From Hemiscyllium ocellatum (Eukaryota): 64,000 bases of DNA. The notes under the pieces are model-generated. The model was given only the letters and a program-made list of their open reading frames with translations. It searched no databases and had not been told where the DNA came from. Positions 50,277-61,870 of this stretch are shown piece after piece. Positions within the stretch are counted from its first letter, which is position 1. Each line of letters begins with the position of its first letter. The stretch lies in the NCBI RefSeq assembly GCF_020745735.1, contig NC_083403.1:126312526-126376525 (forward strand), written 5' to 3'. The translations under genes were made by a program, and so were the position numbers.

Positions 50277-50579
50277 TGTCTGTCTTTGCTACTGGTGAAA
50301 AAAATTCACCAGTATCTGTGAAAGCAGGGCTATTGTTAGGAAATTTGGTGACATTATTAAAACTGGAGAGGTGAGAAATCCTTCATTAAAAAAATAACCA
50401 GTAAAGAATGGGAATCCTCCTTTAACACCGTGAGAAAGTTGGAAATTCTTTGTTAAAGCCATGAAAAGTGGGATGTATCCTGTAAAATTACGATACAAAA
50501 TTGGGAATTTCAAATTTAAGCTGCAAAAGGTATAAAACCTGCATTAAAGCCACAAAATGGCAGGAGTCTGCTATTTTAG

Positions 50580-52860
50580 TTGAAAAACATGGAAAAACCT
50601 TCCAGAGTGGCAACAAAGTATGACAGAACAAGTAGTACCACAAAGTACAATTTTTTTAAGGAATCAAAATATCTGAGCATATTTGGAAGCCGTAGCATCA
50701 GAAATTGTATTGCCAGGAAGAACTGAGCCAAATAGATCAGTAAATTGGATGTCCCGGAGAAAACAATTACTCAAGCTTTTAAACCGGATAGAAAGTCAGA
50801 AGCAGAACAAGTAAATACAATTCTATACACAACTAGTGCAGTGCTATGAAGTTTTTTTTATTGTCAATAAGTAAAAGAAGTAAAAAACATTGAAAAGATA
50901 TTAAAAGCCCTTGACAATTATTTCTCAGAACAAATAAAACTGTAGAAAAAAATTTAACTGGAAAATACAGCATCTAGGGGAATCCATTGATGACTTAATT
51001 AATTATCTCTACAGACTAGAGATGCAAATTCGGTGACCATAATTAAGAATTCATAAGAGACTGAATGGTGGAGGCATTACTGAAGAAACTCTGTCAGGTT
51101 TATTATAGTTCAAAGAAGGCATATATCTAGAAAAAAATATTCTGATGGTGAATAAAGATCTGCAAACAACACAATTATTCCTAAGCTGAAAAGCTCAAAC
51201 TAGGCACAGGAAATTGTCAGAATCCATACAATTCTTAAGATATAGAATCACAAAATGCACACATATAAGCAATGCAGTGGGTAGGACAGACACTGGACAT
51301 TCGAAATCCTTGCCAACACAGTGGGGTAAAGAAACCTCAAAGGCACAACTGATGCCCAGATTTTAAAACTGAATATTTATATTTTAAAATAATAAATTGC
51401 TTTAAAAAAAAAGCAAAGCAGGACACAACCACAGAAAAGCAACAGACCAATGAACTAAAACGCACAAAGAGATGCAAAAGGTAAAACAATATCCAGTAGA
51501 AGATAAAGCCAATATTTTTCGAGGGGAATTCAGTAACCCAAATTTAGCAGCTTGGCAAGCTCATCTGTGTGTCAATGGGCAATACACTCAGAGCAAGGTC
51601 ATGATACTTTAAGACAATACACCTTGGTTGAAAGAACACTCTCCACAGTTAACAGAAGTGTAACTATACGGAGAGCTAGGACTGCAGTGGTTTGGCAGAA
51701 ATGTTTCTCACTGCTATTGAAACTGAAAAAAATTTAAAATCCCAAAGCCAGCAAGGAAACATAGGTAAAGAGAGAAAAAGTGTACCTCATGTGAGATAAT
51801 TGCAGCCTAAAACAAACAACTGCAAATGCTGGAAGTCTGAAAAAAATATAGAAATTGCAAGAGAAACTCAACAGGTCTGGCAGCAACTAAGGAGAGAAAG
51901 CAGAGTTAGCATTTCAGAGGTAATGGTGAGCCAGGGAGAAAGTAAAGCTGATAGTAAGGGCCATTAGCTGGGGAAAGTGGGTATGCTGTGCTGAAAGCAG
52001 CCCATGTAATGATATGGAATACAGGAGTGCGTGATGGAAATGGAAGATGATTTTTCAGGACCTAAATTTATAGAACTCAATATCCAGCCCTGAAGGCTGC
52101 AGCTTCCCCAAGCAGAAAGTGAGATACTGTTCTTTCAGCTTGAACTGACGCTCGTTGGATGACTGCAGCAGGCCTGTTGGTGAGGGAACACAGTGGTGTG
52201 TTGAAGTGGCAGGCAACTGGAAGCTCAGGGTCAGAACTTGCGGACAGAACATAGGTGCTCCACAATCACCCAGTCTGTATTTCATCTCTCCATTACAGAG
52301 GAGACCACATTGTGAGCAACGAATACAGTAAACTAGATTGAGTGAAGTGCAGGTAAATTGCACAAGTGCCTCCCTTTGCACCCCACCCCCTCCTGTTTAT
52401 TTCCTCCATCTTCACAATCCAAGACTCCACGCGTAACTCCCAGGTGAATCAGTAATTTCATTCTGCAGATTATGCCAGACCTGCTGAGTTTCTCCAGCAA
52501 TTTCTGGGTGTTTTTGAGATTATTGAAACATGTGCAACTGCATTGAGTCAGATCACACCACAACACAGTAAATAACTGGTTATCACCAACTCAAATTGCT
52601 CATTAGATGCTGAGATAAATCAGAAAGTATAAGTTCATGTGGAATATATGACATTCCTACCTTCCAAGGAAGAATCCTCAATAACTGTAATGAATATTAC
52701 ATCAAGCAAGAAGGAGTATTCAAGAAACACAACTGAAGAAGTGAACAAGTTGATTTTACCAAAAGTTCAAATAACGAGGGCAAGCAAGAAAGTCCAAATA
52801 ATTCAATTAGCTGAAGTAACAGCTCCACATACTTAGCAACAGATCTAGAAGGGGATTGAG
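50580..52860 (+). mobile_element. Heavily decayed Gypsy LTR-retrotransposon internal region (gag remnant; purine-rich PPT-like end)
   Basis: Fragments SEAEQVNTILY, KFN..IQ..GESIDDLINYLYRL, CKFG...IRD resemble Gypsy gag; AGAAGGGGA at ~52847; interrupted by a PLE at 51808-52514. Confidence 0.55.
51808..52514 (-). mobile_element. Penelope-like element fragment (family C termini) with GIY-YIG remnant and inverted arm
   Basis: ORF 52055-52381 FTCTSLNLVYCIRCSQCGLLCNGEMKYRLGD (GIY-YIG CCHH type); antisense terminus at left, sense terminus at right; degenerate TSD TGAGATAATTGCA / TGAGATTATTGAA. Confidence 0.85.
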
Positions 52861-53499
52861 GACATAAATGCACTGAAAAAAAATTTCAAATCCATGGAAG
52901 CCACCAAAGTAAAGAATTCATCAATGTCAAGGATTTCGGAGACTTCAAAGAAAACATTGCCTATTCTGGCAGAGGTGATAGAAGACACACCTGGCAGTGT
53001 TTGTGCAAGGTGTGAGCAGTGGGTATGAGATTCCAACCTTTACTAAGTGTGGGAGGCTGAGGTGAAGCTATGAATGTTGAGTAGGAATCTCAATGCATGG
53101 AAGTTACTGATGCATTAACGATGGGATTTGTGGTAAATTGCAGAGCTTGCCACGCCGGTGGTTAAGTCAGTCGGATATGACTTTTGACGGAGAATTCACT
53201 GATCTTAGCCACTTATGTGAGGTCATTAAACTTCTTGCAACACCTCATCCAGTTTCCTGAGACTGGACTGCTGGCGATGACAGCCATAGCTAACTGCACC
53301 CTTTACCTCCTAAGTCTGTGTATCAGGGGTGATCCCGACACTCTGTGGATAGAGGAGGTGGATCCTGAATTTTAACTCCTCCACTATGGTCTCCCATGCA
53401 GCTCCCAGAATGGATAAAGCTCGTTTCCTCCCATTTCCCCATAGGGATAACCCATTTTTTAAAAAACTTGTAAATGAACATACAATCAACATGACTTAT

Positions 53500-54010
53500 A
53501 GCACAGAAAGAAGTTGGCCTGTTGTGTTTGTGTTATTCATCAAGTACCTACCAATTTTGGCCTGACTTTTCTGACTTGGCCTATAGCCTTGAATGCCATG
53601 GTATTTGAATTGATCATCTAAATAGTTTTAAATGCTGTGATAATTCCCAGCTCTGCCACCCTTTCAGGCTGTGAGTTCCAGATACCCACCACCCTCTGGG
53701 AGAAAGACAATTTTCCTTAAATCCTCCATAAACCGGTGCTCCGGTTTCCTCCCACAGTCCAAAGATGTGCGGGTCAGGTGAATTGGCCATGCTAAATTGC
53801 CCGTAGTGTTAGGTAAGGGGTAAATGTAGGGGTATGGGTGAGTTGCGCTTCGGCGGGTCGGTGTGGACTTGTTGGGCCGAAGGGCCTGTTTCCACACTGT
53901 AAGTAATCTAATCTAAACACTCTGTCCTTTACATGAAATCTGTGTCCCTGGTTATTGACCTCCCTACTCAAAGAAAAGGTTTCCTCCTATTTACCCTCTT
54001 TACGCTCCTC
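53500..54010 (-). mobile_element. Old CR1 3' fragment interrupted by a SINE
   Basis: GAGTTCCAGATACCCACCACCCTCTGGG...AAATCTGTGTCCCTGGTT typical antisense CR1 end. Confidence 0.65.
53734..53913 (+). mobile_element. 5'-truncated young V-SINE
   Basis: V-domain 3' half, tail GGGCCGAAGGGCCTG, (TAATC)n; TAAAC on both flanks. Confidence 0.9.
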
Positions 54011-56789
54011 GCAATCAGGTTCCTCTTCATTGAGGTATACATAATATTATTGGTTTTACTGGAACTCAGTTTTGAGGTATACCAGATGAGATGGACCAAT
54101 ACATGTTCGTTTGGAAATGCTACTGATTTTTTTTTGCCATTTCTCACTGCTTTGCCAACTCAGTTCAATTCCTGCCTGACTGCCCAGGTTGCTGCTGCCA
54201 GAATCCCCCTTACGAGGTGCTGGTTAACTTTAAGTAGTACAATAAAAAAATTATGATTCTAGGGTTCGATCCCGCTGATGCATACAGCCAATAAGCAGTG
54301 CTGGGTCAATACGGCAACCACTACAAGGAGCGGTTGGCGTTCTGCCTGCCTTGTATTGAATGTGCACAGGTTAATCATGCATTGCCATCTCCCTGCCTGT
54401 TCTTGAGAACTGTCCAATTTAGCCCCCTGTATTTGAAAATTAATGTAAGGGCTGTACAGCATTTCCACAGCAAGCGAACAATTTAACAGGAATGTCATCT
54501 CTCTGGTTTATTGGCAAGGCATTGTGCTTTCGGGCTGTTCTCTCAATTACTATATTTGTCAATTTTTCATGGACAATATTCCACATAAAAAATGCAGAGG
54601 AAGGCATTTTATCGAATGCTATTTAATAAGATCCATCTGTATGTTACAGGAGGAGAAACAAACCTTTAGATCTCCACACTATTCATTTAAATCTAGTCTG
54701 GGTATGTTCACAACATTCTTGTTGCATTGAATTTTAAATATATATTCTACTCTCCCATTAACAGCAGCTTGCTCATTTAAAGGTGCTACAGTCGAGGCCA
54801 CGGGAACCATTTAATGGCAGGAGGTATGCTTGTGTAAAACACTGCAGCTGCCATGCTCACCCTCACTGACCTGCTCTGTACCATCAGCATGAAACCTCCC
54901 AACAAAGTGCCCTAAACATAACTGGGCTCAGACACAGTGCAGAATATTGCTCCCCTAAATAACTAATTTTGAACTTCAGTAAAGTGCAGTGAGGAGTGGT
55001 ACTTTGGCTGAATCTTACATTTTTTTAGCCAAGTGTGAATTGCGACAAAGTTTTTGAGAGTGTTTTTGATTTGCCCGGCTGAGCAATGTTTCTTTGCCTT
55101 TTCTTACCAAACCCGTCTCGATCTATCCCCTGCCCCATCCATATCCCTCTCACCCGATTCTCTCCCAGTCTTACAACACACCGTACACAGTGGATATCTG
55201 CCAAATACCAGTATCCCTTGTGCCCACTCCAAAGTTAAAAGGCCGCTGTGCACCCAGATGTCCACTGGCATTCTGAAACTGCACAGTGGTGGACGCACCG
55301 AGAAGATGCTGGAGAAGGTGATTCTCCAACAAAGACCTGGAGATTCTGGTGGGTGAGGAAGAGTGTCTTTTCTCCAGAAGAGCTGCAGAGGAGGCTTTGA
55401 CACCAGACCCTAGCAGCAAGGTTCAAAGTCTATGTGAACGGCAGGTCCTGTTGACACCTTTTTTCCCCTCATCTTGTAGCATTCTTTCCCTGGATTCTAT
55501 GTCCAATAGGCTGGGTGGAATGAAGTTGTCAGTGATGTTTGGGGCAGGGAGCTTTACAGTAAACAGGGACCCAATGCTTTCAATGGCGAGGGAGCCGGCA
55601 GGTCTGTGCCCTGTACAACACATCGGTCTATGCGTGCTGTTGTTTCCTTTTAAAGGGCCTCACATCATTGGTACTGCAGCACCCTCCCTTCAAAAATGAG
55701 ACACTTGCCCTGCCCACTCCAGGTGCAGGCCCAGCCATTTTCTATCTTATGGCGTTCTATTCATTTCCAGGAAGGCAATGGTGAGATCACCTCGGTGTAT
55801 GGTAAGACCCTGAATATTCAAATCCCCTTCCTGATAGCTCTTCCTGTGAATTTAATAGGTTTCGTACTTCCCCATGACCCACCCAACCCATCTACACCCA
55901 TCTGCCTCAACCCCGGCACATAAGGTGACCATGCCAAGTGTGATTGTTCACCGCTCCTCCTTCGACACCCCGGTGCTCCTGAATATAGACAAATGCCCCT
56001 CCCACCTTACCTTGCTCCCCACCCTATTCCAAACAAAGTTGCCTCTCCCACACTTTACCCAGCCTACAGCTGCGAACCCTCTAAATGGGTTCTTGGGTCT
56101 CCTTCCCATGGCAACAGCAGCCCCATGTTTCACTCCCCCCAAACTTTCCTCCCAGTTTCTATTAGACCCCCAAATGGCCCAGCCCCTTGAGTGACCTAAT
56201 GGGACAGCCTGGGACAGGTAGTGCCCAGACCCCTGACTGCTGCCTATACTATTAGTCCTATATCCCCCTCCAAACCTCAGACGGGCCACTGTGATACCAC
56301 ATGACTTACTGTGACCTTTCCCCTGACTGCAGAGTTATGGACCCTCCCTCCCACCGATTGACAAAACCCCGGCCAGATGCCCGACTGGCAGCTGATCCCC
56401 TGACATTGTCCTGGAGATTTCCCATGACGTACTCTGCCAAGACCCCTGTCTGTCAGGTACCTCCATGGACATGGCTGCTTGCTTGGTGCATGTTTGCCAT
56501 ATTAGGTACGGTACCGTGTTGCAGCTGAGAGATTGACTTGGCACACTGCTGTACAACAAGATGTCCCCCTTGCCTTGACTGAAGATGGCTGGCATGCAAG
56601 GCAAGCTGCCCGGTCATGTGACTGTTAATTGGCAAGGCAGGACCAAGCATGGATGGTGATCCAATCTGGGAGCTGGCTCTCTGTACAAAGTATCCTGGCC
56701 TTTTGATGCTATCTGAATATATGTCCTGTGACACAGCCCTCTGATTCCTGAATAATTTGCAAGTGGATCATAAAGGTGGCATGGCGATC

Positions 56790-56885
56790 CCGAGAGTGTG
56801 GTGCTGGAAAAGCACAGCAGGTCAAGCAGCATCTGAGGAGCAGGAGAATTGATGTTTCAGTCATAAGCCCTTCATCAGGAATGAG
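56790..56885 (-). mobile_element. PLE terminus (family B), degenerate hammerhead
   Basis: Minus: ATTC-CTGATGA-AGGGCTTATGACT-GAAA-CATC-AATT plus family-B tail. Confidence 0.75.
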
Positions 56886-57004
56886 GCTCCTTGCAGAGAG
56901 AGGGGGAGAACTTCTTCAAGGCAGGCATCCCTGTCCGTGGCCGAGGGCTGCATGTGGCTGGTGCCCAAGGATTATACCTTGAGATGCCATTTGGTGCTGA
57001 GCAA

Positions 57005-57100
57005 CATAGATAGAACATAGAACATTAAAGCGCAGTACAGGCCCTTCGGCCCTCGATGTTGCGCCGCCCTGTCATACTAATCTGAAGCCCATCCCACCTT
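57005..57100 (-). mobile_element. Very short young CR1 3' end
   Basis: (CATAGAA)n and CAGGCCCTTCGGCCCTCGATGTTGCGCCG, matching 31845-31919 in antisense. Confidence 0.85.
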
Positions 57101-59372
57101 GATGGGCTCCTCAGAGCCAAAGGAGAGCGGAAGTCTCCAGATACCTGCTCAGACTTCTGTATCGAGGATTCACGACGTCCAGCTTGTTGCGCCCTTTCAG
57201 TTAGATAGGAAACCCAAATATTAATATTTATGAGGCAAGCTGCGAATTTATTAAGCCGTTTCAAAATTCCCTTATTTGGCCAAGGCCTGGTGAGAAACCC
57301 ACCTCAACAAAAGTATAAATGACGCAGTAAGGTGCTCAACGTGCTGTGATAGGCCTTGCTGGGCTTGTCACCTGATTATATCACAGGCCATGTGATATCC
57401 CACTCCCCTCACGAAGATTTTGTCTAGTGAAACTAACAGTAAAGCTTTGAACAGTGAATTTTGAAAATTCCCAAGAGTTCTAAACAAAGGACAAAAAGAA
57501 GTGTGTGCTGCCCCCTAGAAGTAACGTTTACAATTCTCACTCTCTGTGGAAGAGCGAGCGTGTTAGCTAAACAACTACCATCAAAGCCTTGCTTACAGAC
57601 AGCTTATTGTTTCTGCTTTGCCAATATCAGCTTATTGTCACTTACACCCTGGTGCTTCTCGGTTATTAAGTCAGCCAGTAGCCACTGCATTCTTTTCAGA
57701 AGTGTTGAAATGGAGCACTGGAATTCGCCTGATTTACCGGCTGGTTACCTTGTACCTCTGAATTGCCTCTGAGGCCACCTGGATTTAATAGGGTAGTTGT
57801 GAAGTTGCCAGCTCTCAGATTGTTTAAAGTGACAAGTAAGGGCTGATTGTTTTGACAATAAACTTTCAGAATATGGAATCCATAACTAACGTCATAGCTA
57901 TCAAATAGTTGCCTTGTCTTGTCCAGGCGTATAGCCTTACACATTGCTTCTTACAAGAAGTGTTTGCTGGAATATGCAATGCAATCTGAGAAAAAGCATG
58001 ATTCGAAATGTCGATTTCTTGCTCACGTAGTTAGCTATTCTTTAAGAAAAGAAGGCATCAGAAACTCTAGTCATATGTAGCGTCTCATGATATCTCAGAT
58101 TACTTTTCTAAAGGATTTTCTGTTTTAGACTCATGCTTTGTTTCACAGCAGTTAACTGTAGATAAGAAAACTTGGCTCATGGCTGACCAGTGCCAGATGC
58201 TATGACTAATTTGGTAATATGCAGGGTACACAATGACATTTACTGTATGCCTCAGTCCAACTGATATGAAACATACAGCTTAGCCGAGCCTTCTGGTATT
58301 TGTGATGTGAGAGCTACACAGATCAGACCCATTCTGATTCCGACAGGCATACCTCCTGTCATGTATGAATGCAACACCCGCTGAGTATGAGCACTCAAAA
58401 ACACTGCGATGCAGCAACCATCAGTTTTTTTTTCATTATTGGTTGACTATTCAGGGTTATCATGTGTTATATAGTTGATAATATTTCTTGTGCTTCTTTG
58501 CATCCCCGCATTATGTTTACCCTGCTTTCTGGAATCATTCAGTATTTGGAGGGTATTTGGCCCATCAAATCTGCTCCTTCTTTGAAAGTTCTATCTAATT
58601 AGTCTGAATCTCAGCAAATTCTAACCTTTGGAATTTCTAGTTCATACGCTTACACTTATATTTTTTCAGAGTTATTATTGCGTTCACGTGAGTATCGGTC
58701 TGTGTGTTCCATTCTGTGACTCCAGTTCAGAAAACCGGGGAAAGGAAACAAGGAAAAATTAAACTAAATTTTGAAAGGAACCATTAGGAAGGCAAATTCA
58801 TTCTTTATATCATGAAGAGGTTTTACTCTTGCATTGTTTTCATGGCCATTGTACTTTTACTATTCTCTGCTTCCCCCCCCCCCCATGTAAACCACCAAGA
58901 TGATGCCATCCTGGTAAATGTTCTTGCCAGGGCAGTCAAGCAGGCAGCTTCTGGTGAAGGGGAATGGTCATTGCTGAGGACATGGGCTGTGCTTTAATAG
59001 GGCTGACCCTTGTCACTGGGAGTTATCTGTGGACTACAGGATCTTCAGATAGGACACCCTTCCCCTCACCCTGCCGAAAAGCAGCTTTAGGACCTCAATT
59101 GACCTGGACCTCCCCGGCCTTTGAGTTAATCATAAGGTGGGGGAAATGTACAGGCGATCCTTTCTGATTCTACAACCATCCCCGTGCACCCCAGACCTCA
59201 CCATATTACACACTCTACGGACCGGATGAAAGTCCATGCATTGTGTACACGTATGTATAGGTTAAAGTCAAATCATCAGGCAGACTGACAGCACTGACCC
59301 CAGCGGTTACTCTTTGGTTCACTGAACTGACTGAGACACCTCTGCAGAATGAAGGCATTTCGACGGCAGCCA

Positions 59373-61870
59373 TGACACTGGGCAGTGGCCTGGGAGACGT
59401 GCTGCCTATAATCAGACACTGGGTGATGCGCTGTCTATGTTCAGACACTGGGTGACGTGCTGCCTATGTTTAGACACTGGGTGTAGTGCTGCCTATGTTC
59501 AGACACTGGGTGACGTGCTGCCTATGTTCAGACACTGTGTGATATGCTTCCTATGTTCAGACACTGCGTGATGTGCTGCCTATGTTCAGACACTGCGTGA
59601 TGTGCTGCCTATGTTCAGACACTGGGTGACGTGCTGCCTATGTTCAGACACTGGGTGTAGTGCTGTCTATGTTCAAACACTGCGTGATGTGATGCCCATG
59701 TTCAGACACTGGGTGTAGCACTACCTATGTTCAGTCACTGGATGACATGCTGCCTATGTTCAGTCACTGGGTGACGTGCTGCCTATATTCAGACACTGGG
59801 TGTAGTGCTGCCTATATTCTGACAGTGTGTGAAGTGCTGCCTATGTTCAGACACTGAGTGATGTGCTGCCTATGTTCAGACATTGAGTGTAGTGCTGTCT
59901 ATGTTCAGACACTGTGTGTAGTGCTGTCTATGTTCAGACACTGGATGTAGTGCTGTCTATGTTCAGACACTGGATGACATGCTGTCTATGTTCAGACACT
60001 GGGTGTAGTGCTGCCTATATTCAGACACGGGTGACGTGACTGCCTGTGTTCAGACACGGGGACACATGCTGCCTATGTTCAGACACTGGGTGATGTGCTG
60101 CCTATATTCAGACACTGGGTGATGTGTTGCCTATGATCAGACACTGGGTACGTGCTGCCTATGTTCAGACACTGGTTGATGTGCTGCCAGTGTACAGATG
60201 CTGGGTGATGTGTTGCCCATGTTCAGACACTGGGTACGTGTTGCCCATATTCAGGCACTGGGTGACGTGTTGCCTATGTTCAGACACTGGGTGATGTGCT
60301 GCCCATGTTCAGACACTGGGTACGTGTTGCCCATGTTCAGACACTGGGTGACGTGTTGCCTATGTTCAGACACTGGGTGATGTGTTGCCTATGATCAGAC
60401 ACTGGGTACGTGCTGCCTATATTCAGACACTGGGTGATGTGCTGCCTACATTCAAATACTGGGTGACGTGCTGCCTATGTTCAGACACTGGGTGATGTGC
60501 TGCCTATATTCAGACACTGGGTGATGTGCTGCCTATATTCGGACACTGTGTGATGTGTTGCCTGTGTTCAGACACTGGGTGATGTGCTGCCTATGTTCAG
60601 ACACTGGGTAATGTGCTGCCTGTATTCAGACACTGGGTGATGTGCTGCCTATATTCGGACACTGTGTGATGTGCTGCCTGTATTCAGACACTGGGTGATG
60701 TGTTGCCTATGTTCAGACACTGGGTGATGTGTTGCCTATGATCAGACATTGGGTACGTGCTGCCTATGTTCAGACACTGGTTGATGTGCTGCCAGTGTAC
60801 AGATGCTGGGTGATGTGTTGCCCATGTTCAGACACTGGGTTCGTGTTGCCCATGTTCAGACACTGGGTACGTGCTGCCTATGTTCAGACACTGGTTAATG
60901 TGCTGCTTATGTTCAGACACTGGGTGATGTGCTGCCTATGTTCAGACACTGGGTGATGTGCTGCCTATATTCAGACACTGTGTGATGTGCTGCCTATTTT
61001 CAGACACTGGGTAATGTGTTGCCTACATTCAAATACTGGGTGACGCGCTGCCTGTATTCAGATACTGGGTGTAGTGCTGCCTATGTTCGGACACTGGGTG
61101 ATGTGCTGCTTGTGTTCAGACACTGGGTGACGTGTTGCCTATGTTCAGACACTGGGTACGTGCTGTCTACATTCAGACACTGGGTGATGTGCTGTCTATG
61201 TTCAGACACTGGGTGATGTGTTGCCTATGTTCAGACACTGGGTACGTTTTGCCCATGTTCAGACACTGGGTGATGTGTTGCCTATGTTCAGACACTGGAT
61301 GATGTGCTGCCCATATTCAGACACTGGGTACCTGCTGTCTACATTCAGACACTGGGTGATGTGCTGTCTATGTTCAGACACTGGGTGATGTGTTGCCTAT
61401 GTTCAGACACTGGGTACGTTTTGCCCATGTTCAGGCACTGGGTGATGTGTTGCCTATGTTCAGACACTGGATGATGTGCTGCCCATGTTCCGACACTGGG
61501 TACATGTTGCCTATGATCAGACACTGGGTACGTGCTGCCTATATTCAGACACTGGTTAATGTGCTTCCTATGTTCAGACACTGGGTACGTGGTACCTATG
61601 TTCAGACACTGGGTGATGTGCTGCCTATGTTCAGACACTGGGTGACGTGTTGCCTATGATCAGACACTGGGTACATGCTGCCTATATTCAGACACTGGGT
61701 GATGTGCTGCTTATGATCAGACACTGGGTGATGTGCTGCCTATGGGCAGATACTGGGTGATGTGCTGCCTATGTTCAGACACTGGGTGATGTGCTGCCTA
61801 TGGGCAGACACTGGGTACGCGCTGACTATGTTCAGACACTGGTACATGTTGTCTATGTTCAGACACTGGT
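59373..61870 (+). repeat. Minisatellite, 28-29-bp unit GACACTGGGTGATGTGCTGCCTATGTTCA, roughly 85 units
   Basis: Direct tandem array; 28-bp variant GACACTGGGTACGTGCTGCCTATGTTCA and TGTAGT variant concentrated in the 5' third. Confidence 0.95.

Larger units (their letters stand above)
55006..57425 (+). mobile_element. Decayed PIF/Harbinger-like DNA transposon (Myb/SANT-like ORF remnant)
   Basis: FSNKDLEILVGE at 55322-55357 resembles Harbinger Myb-like N-termini; weak inverted ends GGCTGAATCTT / AAGATTTTGTC; boundaries uncertain. Confidence 0.4.

Noticed and set aside
59373-61870. CRISPR-like array (29-bp periodicity) or coding repeat
   Set aside because: Units are directly adjacent with no unique spacers, no cas genes, vertebrate context
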